A stretch of 64,000 nucleotides of DNA from Nymphaea colorata (taxonomy: Eukaryota). The stretch lies in NCBI RefSeq assembly GCF_008831285.2, contig NC_045138.2:14012001-14076000 (forward strand), written 5' to 3'. The stretch's first letter is position 1; every line of letters starts with the position of its first letter. Shown one piece after another: positions 28,358 to 41,488 of this stretch. Position numbers and translations under genes: made by a program. The notes under the pieces are model-generated. The model ran no database searches, was not told the DNA's origin, and saw only the letters and a list, made by a program, of their open reading frames with translations.

Positions 28358-30664
28358 GCTACAGCTCTGCGTTGGATGGGACGATTATGGGGCATGTGGG
28401 GAGCCTGCAGAAGAATGCTACTTCCTCAGGATGCTGAATTGACCAATGGTTTATTTTTTATCATAAGCCGTGTGCTGACTGAAGGGAGCCATGGAGACCT
28501 TTGTAGATAAAAAAAAAAAAAAAAATCTGGTCTGCCATATTTTTTATGATTACCCGCTGTTTATCCATTCTTTCCATGCATACGTGTTAAAATCTCTTTT
28601 CATTTTTCAAATTTTTATCTTCCTGTTATTGTTGGTTTCAGGGGAGTATGTATTCAAAAGAGTTGTTGGACTAGATAAAACTTGTGTCGGACCATGTCAT
28701 TTTTCCCCCTTCCACTGAAGGGGTGGCTTATATCTATTTCATGATCTCTGTTTTGATTCGATGGTATTTTTCTGCTCCGCATGTTTGATCCAAAGTAATT
28801 CCCTGCCGACTTTATCGAAAGTGACGGGATTGCCAAATTGCATGAGGCCCTACAAGATGCCCAAACGCAAACAACAGGGTTGCAAGTGGTTCAGATCTGA
28901 TTCGAGGATTTTCACAGTTCTTTTAGTGTTTCGAATCTATTCCTAACTTGGCAAGGCCAGATCCGATCTGTTTGAGAGAAATTGGAAGGTAGATCTCCTT
29001 TTACGGCAGATATCTGATATGGCTTCTGACCCATTCTCTGGCCAAATAATAAAAAAGAATGACAAGGTTACCCATCATATGCTTTTGGTAGAGAACACTG
29101 AGCAGTTTTGTTTGGTATTTCAGACACTGCACTAATATCAGCTTGCCCGTCAAGTATGTGGACCTGAAGTCTCATGGTGCAAAGACCTACATTGTTCCCA
29201 ACATGATTATCGATCCAAAGATTATGAGCAAATGGAGCTTAATGTGATCTATAGATTTTGAATCAGACGGTTCGGTTGAGAATGAATCTAATTCGTAGCC
29301 TTTTCTAGGGTAGGAAGATTAGAATTTTTGTCCAAAGTTTGGCCTTACAAGTTTGGGAAGATATCATCATTTTCCACATGATTTTGTGCATCTCTAGCCA
29401 AGTCCCGAAACATACTACTTTATTGATCATTCGTGATTTTAGTTTCCGTCTTGTATCAGAATCTGAGAAAGTCGACGCATATCACCGGTTCTAAAAAATG
29501 TAAATGAATTTTTTAATCAATATAATATTGATATATCGATGTGTATCGGCCACCAGCCTCATACCAGCCGAATTCTAGGGGGTCCATATCGGCCTCCACA
29601 CGGCTATTTGCCAAAGTACATCGAAATTGACAACAAAGGCTCGAGTTGCTAGTCGCAGGAATTCCCGCTTGCTAGAATGGCCTTACAAACATATGTTCAG
29701 TCCAAAGATTGAAGGAATTGGAGCATATACTTACACGAATCTCGAACAATGGACCAGAACCTTCCAGTTTTGAATGTTGGCCGATAAGTTTTTTATTCTA
29801 CGATAAAGAATCAGTCAGCCGCAAGATTTCTGCCGCCCCCCTTCTTTTTTCCCCCTTTAAGTAGCTGGCCTATCGCAAAGAAGACCGGCCACATGCTTTC
29901 TCTCACGCTCTCCTTCCCTCATTTCTCTCTCTTCCCCTATTCTTTGGCGGTAAAGCCAATACGACTGCAAATGAAACATGCGGCTTCATACCTGTGCATT
30001 ATTAAAAATTTAAACATCTAGCGTATCCTGTGATCTGTCGCCGAAGGATGCTGAAAACCAACGTAGGAGCACATTGTTCTTCGTCTTACCATTATTGCGG
30101 ATCCATCACCTTACCCCAACGTAAACAATATAATATCCATCATCTCCGGCGACTGTGAAGCACAATCCAAGTAGCGTCAAGAACCTCCTGCACGACCACT
30201 AGATGGCCTTTTACGTCATTTAGATCATTACATTCACACGGTTCGTGCAATAAGAGGATGCCTCTTCGGATTCACGATCTCTCCTTTCCAACGTTGGCGG
30301 GGTGACGCCCCTAAAGAGGAAGTGTCCAAGGAGGAAGTGCATGAATTCAAGAAATGGAATCAACTATTAAAGCTGTCATTTAATCTAGTAGGTTAGATCA
30401 CTGATCAACAAGAAAGATACGAGTAAGAAAAACACTAAAAACTTTTTACATTAACATTTGCCGCAAAAACGAGTACACTGGATACAAAAATAATGTGGAA
30501 AAGATATATTGCCTTAAAAACTAGTTGACAACGGCCCTGCAGATTCTATTACATGGTATAAGAATCCCGTAACATTTACCTACACTCTTCTAATACATAA
30601 TAAATACATGATGCCTATCTCAGGACTTGTTACTGCAGCCTGGGGGTCGAAAAAAAGAAAAATT

Positions 30665-33600
30665 TTAATCATCAAAACCACCGTAATCTTCATCGATGGT
30701 ACCATCATCAGCATCCGCCTCGTAAACTGCAGCATCCATTTCAGTCTCTTCTTTATAGCCTGCAGCCAGATCCACTACAGGCCTTTTAAGAATTTCCTTG
30801 CTGTCTTCATCCGAATATCCTACTCTCTCCGCAGACGTCCTCATAGACTTTAAGTTCGCTTCACTGAAAAATGAAGAGTAGGGTTTCGACACCTGGGAGA
30901 AAAAAAAAGGAAAACCAACAACCTCGTAAATCCCAACAAATGAATAAAGTAGATTCAAACTTTCAAGTGCTAGAAACATGATATTTCCAGTCTTTCAGTT
31001 GACAATGATGGACATCTACTTTCCTTGATTCCAGAATAGCACAAGATTCAACAATTTCCACAGACATAACAATACACCAGAACAAGTGGTACACATTAGT
31101 TCGTATCTGAACAAATGAAAGCACAATCCATCAGGTGTGCTTGGTCCTAGCTTTAGGAATCTCCCATGCACTAACCCGACTGTAAAACCATCCATAACAC
31201 ATACACCATTTTCCACAAACTTGAAATTATAGGCATCATCTAGTCCACAAGTTGCATAATCAAGTGTTGCCAGTCAACTGTAAACTGCACTAGTGGAGTG
31301 GATGATGACAACATTATTAGACCCAATCAATTGGTCATTTCTGCTTTTTTTGAGCTTTTCATAACCCCATTAACATGCTAAGATTTCATAAACAAGTTTA
31401 TATAAAACAATTTCTAAATTTACCAATGAAATGCTCTCTCGTTAGGATAGAGAATTATCAAATCAACCAAAAAATAAGTACATAACTTTACAACTTCGGC
31501 AATTGTAGATTTGAAAAGAGAGAGTTGGACTCTAGAGATCAAACTTTGGGTAAAATGGCTATTAAACCATTTCATTCCATCGCAATCAGGTGGATGAAAC
31601 CAACCAACAAGCCACTATAATGTCAACCCATGCAGAGCAAAGCTGTCCGTTGATTAGAGCAGCCATTCGTCCCATACCTTAAAATAACATTTTCTTTCTT
31701 TAGCATTTTCCACAAGGCCGTGCCAATGCTTGTCGTGTGCTAGTGTAGATGCGGAGCCAACCACCTACCAATCCTCACAACGTTAGCTATTACATAGAGA
31801 AATATAACCCCTTGCACAAAAAAAGTTACACAAAGATACCAGGATTGATGATCTCGCTCTTGTAATTCCCACATTCATCCGCCGGAAGTCAGCTACAAAA
31901 CCAATCCTTTTTTCAGTGTTGGAACGCACACATGAAAAAATTGCTACATCCTTTTCTCGCCCCTAACCAACATCAGAACATTTAAAACTTACAACACTTT
32001 ACAATCACATTGATAACTCCAGCTCAAATACCAGCAAAAAAGACTTACCTGGAAACCATCTACTGTATTTACATCTATTAACTGACCAGCCTGTGCTCCA
32101 AGTTCAGCACGAAAGCGCTCACGAATAAGTTTCACTTGGTGTCTATAAGGAGAAATGACTGCTATTTGGGAACTCGAGTTGAGTTCAGGATATCTGGAGA
32201 CCAAATTATGAAACATAAGGAGGATAAATTCCACTTCTTCAATGTTTACCCATGAGCCACTTCCAGAGGGCTGGGACTCAATGCCATCTATATCAAAAAA
32301 ACAAAATGGCCCAAAGCAACGGTACACATGCCATGCACGCATTGTACCAAGTAGAACATTGGGGCCATCATCCAAGGATTCAGCATAAAATTCTTTTGAT
32401 GGAAAGCTTCGTATCTGCACATACAATCAAAATTACAAATCACAACTATGAACTTCACTTGTTGAAGTCTAGCTGCAGGAGTTAGTTCAACCTCAGGGTG
32501 CATGCGATACTGGGTCTTTAGCATATGCACCGGATAGCCAGCCAGCTGAAATCTTTTAAATAGGCTCATCCCATACCTGGCAGGTGCAGAACATAGCTTC
32601 CTTATATAGATCATAAGACAAAAGAATACCATAAGAAAAATAGCATTGAGAGGACATTATGTTCACCCAAATCTCTCAGCAGTCGAAGAAATCACAGTGG
32701 CAGGCAACTGAAGGGGGTCACCAACCTGAGTTAACATAGTGGTGGAATCCATGGATAAGTAACTTCACCAACTCAAGCAACAGAATCAACACATATCTCA
32801 ACTTAATAGCACAATTCAAATTCCATTCAACTGTAGTCCCATTAGCAACAGTAGATAAATTAATCTCATAAAATATCCAGTAGAAGAATCTTCTGCAAAT
32901 CAGAAAAAACTCCAACTGAACATTATAGAGAAAAGAATTGTTACGTATTGAAATCTCTAGAAGAAACATTAGTTAAATCCAAGAACAGAAATGTAAATAT
33001 GGCCATCTCCATGAAATAACTGCCATTCCCTATTAAAGCAAGTCAGCAGCTGACAAGTAGAGGCTGAATGTGCAGGAAAAACTTGATACTTTAGCAACAG
33101 AAAATGGAGCACCCCAACCTTTTACTAGAAAGTATTAGTATAGAATCACCTTTATGCTATGTATCACTGTATTAGAAGTATGGATCATTGAGGTGCAAAC
33201 ATTAAACACTATTTCTAGGAGCAATGAACCATGGTATGTTTGAGACATTAACTTGGAAAAGAAGGGAAATTTTGGCACAATAACTCAAAAAACCCAAACC
33301 AGCCAACACCCCCTCCCCCCACCCTTTTTTTTTCTTTTTTGGAAAAAGAAAGTGACACAAAGAAGATCTCCACATTATTCCCTTGCAAATTCCAGAATTA
33401 GATAGCAACCCAAAGAAGAAAAGTCATCAACCATAATTCTTCAAATATTGATGTCCATTTGGATGTCTCTTCTTGTGATTTCTCGTGGGAGGCAAAAATC
33501 AATAGAAAAGAATATATGATGAAGGCCATGGTAATTCTAGAAGTTAACCAAGCAAGATATACACAAACAGAATTAGGAGTTGAATAAAGGCTTCACATGT

Positions 33601-36600
33601 GCAAAAACAAGATCGCATGATGCTAAGAGGTGGTTTCTCCTATTCTAGACTTCCGAATGTCTAAAGCACAAGGGCACTCACAAAGGTCCATGATCTTGCA
33701 TATTTTAGGTTGATAATGATACTGACAGCTTATCTACTGAGACAGATACCAGGAACAATACACGACAACATGGCCTCTTCACACCTCAAAATCATATTAT
33801 ATTCCTCAGGTAAGTATCAGGCTATGCATCCATAAAGGGAGTTCAACTGTAAAGACCAAGAGAAATGAGATACATAGTTCCCCCCTTGCAAGGCAACCCA
33901 TGTAATCAACATGCAAATGTACCATAGCTAATCTACATCCTAGACTTCCTAATTAACATTATGTAGTTGAATCTGGTGCCTTTTGCATAATTTGAGCAAG
34001 TTAATCTAATCATGCATCGCCTTCTAAAGAAATTCTCCAACATGTCTTCAGTAGATAAAGATCCTTAAGCAGTTTCCTCGAAATGATGTGCTTGATTGAA
34101 GTCTGTAACAAACCTTAACCTAGATGGCTAGAATGGTTGGACGCTTCTTGGTTTTTAAATCAGTTTACTACAGTAGGTGATATGCTAGATGAGGTAACCC
34201 AAGGTACATATTTGGTCTCTCAACCAATTGAAAAGCAAAAGCCTTTGACTTGCTTACCTGAAGAGGTTGGTACATTCACAGTATGTAGGAGGGGCACCTT
34301 TATGACTAACAAACCATAGAAGGACACATGCATGTCCATTTGATGTTTCTGCCTAAACCAGATACTAGCCATTGCAATTGCAAGAGAGATTGTTTACAAT
34401 GGATGTTTGCAGTTAAACTTCTTCAGTGTTCAAACATTATGGCAAGTTGCATTCTTCACAGGAAGTGTAACAAACATATTTGCGTTAAATGCAAATTTAG
34501 TGATTCAAAAGCTAATAAGGATTTACATGTAAAGAAGAGCCAAAAAGCCAGACAATGTACCAGAAACAACTGCTTGCATCCATGAGCCAATGGTATAAGA
34601 GTTGCTGGTTCTACCTGAAATACAACACAAACAGAATATTAAATATACAGTTGGCATGAGACGTATAGAAACCAGAAAAGATTGTTGCTTACAGCTTGAG
34701 CAGCTTCATCAATGACAACAACATCAAATATACGGTTCATTCGACTGAAAAGGCCTGATCCGCTAAAACTTAAGGTTGAGAAAACCTGCAATTCAAAGAA
34801 CTATTAAGACAACCATTACTTCATTTGACACAACAAAACACTGGTCCTTTATCAGATTATGCTTCAAGATGCACCCTAATTTTTGAACTTTTGACTTCCA
34901 ACTTGAAAGTTTTAAGCTAATTGTCCACCCAGATGTACACAGCTCTTGTTGGCAACAATCACATGGTACAGGAAAGGACAAATTAGCACTTTCGCTGTTT
35001 CTAGAAAAGAAAGATATATTTTTTTTTACAGATTAGCTGATTCATCAACTATTAAAGCACTTAAGTCTCTGAGAAGCATTTTATACAATGGCTGATTCAT
35101 CAATTATTGAAGCACGTATATGATCCCGCTGCAATGATGAAGGACCCATATTTTTTCCTGCACCACCTGTTGAAAAATCCATACTTGCAAGCCTTTGATC
35201 CACCTGCCAGCATGAAAAGACGCAGATAATTGGATACCACAACTAATGGAATAATCAGTTCCATTTGCTGTCTTTTTATGGTCAAAATACATACCAGGTA
35301 ATCCATTGAGACTGCTTGAATAGAATGGTGAGGATTCAAACCAATTCTGACAATTTTTGGATGATACTGATGGCTATTTTCGTCCACAATACCTGCAACA
35401 CAGTTCAACACATCACAGAGATTAGTAGATTTCAGAAACAAAAAGGCTTTAAGTTTCAACACATAAGTTCTTAATATCCAATTGTTAGGTTGACATAACC
35501 TCAAAGACATGAAGCACCTGTGTTCAACAAGCGGACAACAATCTCATCTAGTGCAGAATTTGATGGAGCACATACCAACACATGGGCACGGTATTTTCGC
35601 TTGCTAGCAACAACTTCAGGTTTCTGTGAGAAAATTAACAAAGAAACTAAAATCCATAAGGGAAACAGTTTCATTTTCAACTTATGTCTAACAAAACCAG
35701 CATACAAACAATGAGCTACTTATCTGGTATAAACTTACTAATTCATTTCCTGTTAATGGAAAGAAACCATCATCACCATCTTCTGGCATGATTGCATCTC
35801 TTGGATTTGTTCCAGTTAACCATGGTGATGCTTTCACCCAATTGACATATCTATGAAAGAAAACAAGCCAATTGACATATCTATGAAAGAAAAACAACTC
35901 AGGAAAATATTGCATAAATGAACCGATTGAGACTTGCTTCAAAGTAAAAAAAAAAAAAGGTTAAATGACTTTAAGATGACAAGCAAATGCAAAGAAGAGA
36001 ATATCATATTTAATGAATATGGCACCACATATTTATCATGAGTCATGATCCACAAACCATACCACATTACTCATGGACAGTATGTTGAGGAACAAAGGAA
36101 AAAAAAGTGAAGCCGGTTCAGTAAGAACTACGAGGGCAAGCTAACATAAATTGTTGCTTTTCTGACCAGACCGGGCATCCATTTCTTAAGCGCAAAGTGA
36201 TGGAAATCAACTTTAACAAAATAACTACAGTAAAAATATGGTGAACTTTCATTCAGAACATGAAATTGATCAAATAAAACTGCAAGAAATGTCAAGAATA
36301 AACAGTAGAGTTGGGCATACTTGTCTGTGAAAGACAATACTGGTCTGCTCTGTAAAGCAAATGACACGCCCCTGCATAAAATAATAGACAACAGCAATTA
36401 AAGAGCAAATCAGATTTACATTGATGAATTAGAGCTTTTTCAACTAATCCATGCATATCAATGGTATCTCAGAAACTAAAGTTAATGAACTAGTTGAACA
36501 TTGTCTAGCTCTGAAGAATGTAAATTTGAGCCAAAAGCTGGAAAACAGAAACAGTTCCAATTGGTTTAACTTTCAACTGATCTCCAACTACAATTAAATA

Positions 36601-39600
36601 TTTTCAGAAGACATGAAATATGGCTATGGTCTTACCATATACAGAATCTGGAAAATAGACACCGAATATGCTTGGTCAGATGTTCCTTGCAAAGATCCCA
36701 CTATAGGAAGAGCAGATACAAAGGATATAACGTAATGCACTATATATAGCTGGATCTATATTCCATTCTGTTATACACCTTCAATTGGAAAAGGATGACA
36801 TGATAACAGAGAGATGTTGGCCATGTGCTTCTCACGTTGGAAGATATCCTAAAATTTTGATAAGCTATAAAGATCACGTCAAAAACTCTCTAAATGTTCA
36901 GCAGTTCATATTGAACTAATTTTTGTATATCAAAATTTGGTGGGTCCAATGTTCTTAATCAATGCTAGGCATGGTAAGCATGTCGACCTTGCTCCAATTA
37001 GCCAGTCTTGCATGACCTCATATTGAAGACTATAAATCAAATGCAGCATACTTTGTCAGTTGCTAATTTTTATTAGGCCTGCTCATTATAAAAGCAATGT
37101 CAGTTAATGCTCATTTTGAGTTAAGCAGAAACAGGATCGGATTTTCATGGAATTCTGGCCTGTTGCATTTGCACCAAGGATTTGAGACATGGGTTGAGAC
37201 TCTTGGTGATTCAGTAGTATCTGATGCTCTCCATGCAGATGAACAAGAACATGGAGTAAAAAGTGCTTGAAACTCATGTTGGCTCCAGAATTGCTTTTAG
37301 GTCAATTTAATTCTGATAGCAATAGCTGAGTGGGTTTGGATCATACTATAGCAAACAATGTCAATTCAGGTTCCATCATAGGGCCTTCAGATGGAAATGA
37401 TAGGGAGTTGGGACGATGACACAATTCAACACTTGGCAAGATTAACACAGCAAAGCTGATTCCAAGTTGGATCAGTTCCAACCCCACCAACAATTGTCCA
37501 TCCACAATGGGACAAGTGTTGGAGTGAGAATGAATGAGAGGGTTTGCAGAAGCCACAACCTATGGATGAAGAAAATGGAAGAGCTGGGAAAGTTTCCAAC
37601 TGGTATAAGGTCCAACCACTGGTTTATGCTTTGCCTGCTGAATTTGGTTAAGCAATGAGGTTGAAATACTGAACTATGAAAACTCTAAAGTCTAAACATT
37701 TATATTTTTACACGTGGGAAAATCTAATATCCTGGCTTTGGCTTCCACTTCCAAGTACTTCCTCAGAAGTATACAAGTATTCCTGCACTCAGATAAAGAC
37801 CAAAAACATTTCCAGCAGGGTTCTCTCAAGGGTCATGGCATATTGAGAATCACTTCAGGCAAATGGAATCACCCTGCATAGATTTCCCATTTGTTTTTCT
37901 CTGCAGGGGCATGTGCATGTGTTGTATGTGGATGTGGTTATTATTACAATCATTGCATATTTGTGCACTTCAAAATAGATCTTACTTGTACAGGTTTTAA
38001 CCTTTAGTTCTTTGGTGTTATGATTGAGATGCAAAACCTTATGATCGAATAATTGGATGTAAAACCTTAGTCTGCCCAATTGATCTAAATGATACAAGGA
38101 AAAAAAAAACTGAAATGCCTATCAACGTAGTGACTGAGGAAACATCATAGTCAATGAAAATTTAGTTTCATCAACCTCTTCAACCCCCATGACTAGCTGG
38201 ATCTAGACCTCTAATTTGGGAGAAGGATCTGGCTCCAAGTTTGCATCACAAACTGATGTTAATTTTGTTTACTATATTTCTTTATAAGGAAAAAAAAGTG
38301 TCATATACTAGTCAAACCTTTTTATCAAAAATCACTATTAAAACAGCGAACAACAAAAAGACATAAAAATTACATACTTTGCCTGGACCCTTAAAGGAGT
38401 TGAATGCAGAATTGCGCTAAGCAGTCCAAGAATTGTTTGTGTCTTTCCTGTTCCAGGAGGGCCCTACAGAACAATTGTCTGCATGCATGAGTTAGGCAGT
38501 AAGATCCTAATAGTTTAAGAAGCAAATGTGCAATTTGGAAAACAAATATGTGCAAGTCATTTTGTGTTGCCTGAAAAGAAAAAGTTAGAATACACCAGCA
38601 TATTTCCAGGTAATCAGAAGGGGAAAAAGTTCTCCCTATGTAGTTTCAGCCATGACTATCTAGGAGGTTGAAGTTTAGAACTTTTACCATTATAACAGCA
38701 ACATAAGTAATCTAGTTCTACTGTTTCCCACTGATAGTACAAATTACTGAATATAAGCTTATACTTATTTTTGTAATCATAAAACAATTCAACAAGATCC
38801 TGGTCCAGCCAACAAATAATTAGCATACTTAGATTGTATAAAGTACCCTGGATTTTCTTCCTAGATGGTTTCATCCACCTACCACCCTCAAGCATGAATA
38901 ACAAGAAATACTATGCGAAAAATCAAGGATTCAAACTTCAAACTGCACACATGTAACTGGTACCAAGATCACGCACCTATTAATCCAAAACACGGGAAGA
39001 GGTAAACTGCAGCATAACGAGACCTATTTTTATGTGTGTGTAAGAGAGGCAGTTGCGAGTCATATTTTGTGAAAAATGATCTCTAAAAAGAGTAGTTCAT
39101 ACTTCATAGTGTGCATTTGACAAATTTGAATACTTAAGATATTGACTAATTTAAGAACTCTGATGCTGAAAATTCAGACAGGACACAAATAGGTTTTCTG
39201 ACGAGCACTGAGCATACAAACAATCAAAATCCAAAGAAAATCACCTCCAGAACTCTATCAGACAGCATGGTTCAGCTCTCAAACATACCTGTATTAAGGT
39301 GACAGGTTGACGCGAAAGACCAGCCTGCAGCATACACAAGGAAAAGTATTACGTCATTTGTATTAAACTATTAAAAGAGAAAGTGAGATTGATACTGCAG
39401 TCATATTTTTTAAACACACACATACGTGTATGTTCTTATGTTCATATGGACAGAAAACTTAACTAATGCCAAAATCTAACCTGTATGGCTTCTAACTGTG
39501 ACTTGTTATGATTATTCTCTAAAAACTCCATGAGAGGTCTTGGAACATTCCATGCATGATCTCTAAGATCACCATTTTGCATCTTTGCCGTCGCAGATAA

Positions 39601-41488
39601 TATCAGATCTGAGAAGGGAAGGGTACCAACAGCATGGAGAGCAGCATATTCACGCATGATAGTTGATAAACTGCATACCTGTAATGCTTTGGCAAATTTA
39701 AATGGAAAGTTGGAAACCATGTAGTGTGTAATGACTTATGTGGCTATCTACACAAGATGTTTTGATATTCCCTCCATTCAACATGAAATAGGAGTGTATG
39801 AACTCAAATTAATGTTTTGGAATTGGCTACATTTTCTGGTCATTATAAACTTGCCTGTATACAAGGAAGGCCAATTGTAACAAACCAAAATTGTTACAAA
39901 AATTCAGAAGCACATTGATACAGATCCTACATGCATTTCTGATATGAATTTGTGTGCCACCATTAAGTTAATACTAAATTGCTAGCATAAATAGTAAAAG
40001 ACACAATAATTCTCAGTGTCTTCAACTGTTACCTCTGCAAATGTGAACAATATAAATTAGACCTTGTTAAGGAAATCATAACACTTTAAATCAGGATTCT
40101 CAGGTTCAAAGTGACCAAAACTACACATGAATCCACGCAGAATAAGGTATACGTAATGTAACACCAAATAGCACATGGAGGAAATAAGTACTACGGGTGC
40201 ACCCTGTAAAATATTGAAAAAGTTCACTTGCTGATTACATTTAAGATATAATGATCACCATCCATTCAAACAATTTACAAATTTTAATTTTTAAACCAAA
40301 ATTACCTTAGACGAATGTAAGATTACCAATGGATAAAAAGGACATATCCGGTCAGTGATCATCCTAGTCCATATTTATTTTAAGGGAAGAAATATCTGTT
40401 CACTTAAAGGGATGGGAAACGGACATCAATGAGAAGGAAACGCATTTTACCTTTCGTATGTTGATAGGAATGTTCTTCATCTGAAATACAGAGAGCATTC
40501 TCGAGAGCCTAGGATTGCTCTCAACCTCCTCAACGTTTAGTTGTTTGACCTCTCCACCGAGAAACGTTCTTAGCTTGAGCTTGGTTCCACCATCACGGCC
40601 ATCCACAATTGCAAAAGCATAAGTGGCGGGCAATGTTTTTGCACCTTCAAACTTGAAACAAACATTTAAAGAAAATGAGAGAGAGAGAGAGAGAGAGGGC
40701 TAACATGAAAACTGTCGCAGAACAATCAACCATAGGCAAACTGTCGCAATTCGCAAGAGTCAACATGAAGAATCATACGCTCCTATGTTCGAAATCAGAA
40801 ACATAGAAATGCAAAAGAGCACCTTCTCCCTCGAGAGAAGAACGAGATCATTGTCAGACACGTCTTCGCCGAATTCAGGCTTGACGACGAACGACAAAAT
40901 ATGGAACCCATTCGACTCCTCAATGGCCACCACGACACCGACGTCCCATCCTCCCGCTGCCTCAAGACGACCGAAATCGCTCAATCAGTACACATTCTAC
41001 AACTCGAACGGGGGAAAGAAAAACAAACCGATAAGAGATTGACGACAACTTTTTATAGAAAAAACTCATCTCACCTTCTTCATCGGACCCTTGGGTGATC
41101 TGGGCCTTAACTTCCTCGAAAAGGAGAGGCTCGAAGATGCGCATGTACTCGTCAACGTCCCTGAAAGTATGTTTTACCTTCTGGAGCACCAAACCGCCCC
41201 CGTCCCCCTTCTTCCTCTTCTTCTGCAATCCCATCATGACAAACGCATAAATTTTCAACACATGCAGCAAGACACAGACGAAGAAGAAGTGAAACGGAGA
41301 TTTGAGGGAGGGGTTACAGAGGAGGCATCTGAGGATTCGGAGAGGAGTTGGATGAAGTCCCAGGAGAGGACGATCTTGTGGAAGCGGGAGATATGGAAGG
41401 CTCCCTGTACGACCTTCTCCAACGCCGCCTTCTCCCTCTCGCTCTCTCCCCCAAGCCCTCCTCCGCCTCCTCCCGCCACCGCCACCAT
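30665..41488 (-). CDS. MAA3: Sen1/Upf1-like SF1 helicase MAGATAMA3 homolog; ~20 exons: 41488-41318, 41222-41075, 40956-40823, 40651-40451, 39678-39481, 39324-39289, 38463-38378, 36371-36321, ~35850(or 35880)-35738, 35623-35518, 35392-35295, 35203-35087, 34785-34693, 34614-34561, 32725-32667, 32576-32492, 32414-32049, 31962-31840, 31764-31678, 30892-30665
   Basis: N-terminal RFHKIVLSWDF...FEPLLFEEVKAQI, Walker A LIQGPPGTGKT, VCAPSNSALDEI, IDEAAQAVEP, VGDPLQLPAT, QYRMHPEI, TVDGFQGREKD, RRMNVGITRA, and an acidic C-terminal tail. Confidence 0.92.

Noticed and set aside
28476..28490. GACTGAAGGGAGC, 13 nt identical to the miR319 core, in the CesA 3'UTR
   Set aside because: The ends mismatch, there is no convincing star arm or long precursor, and the sense orientation means it is not a target site.
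28687..28710. TCGGACCA...TTCCCC resembling miR166
   Set aside because: The middle is divergent and there is no complementary arm.
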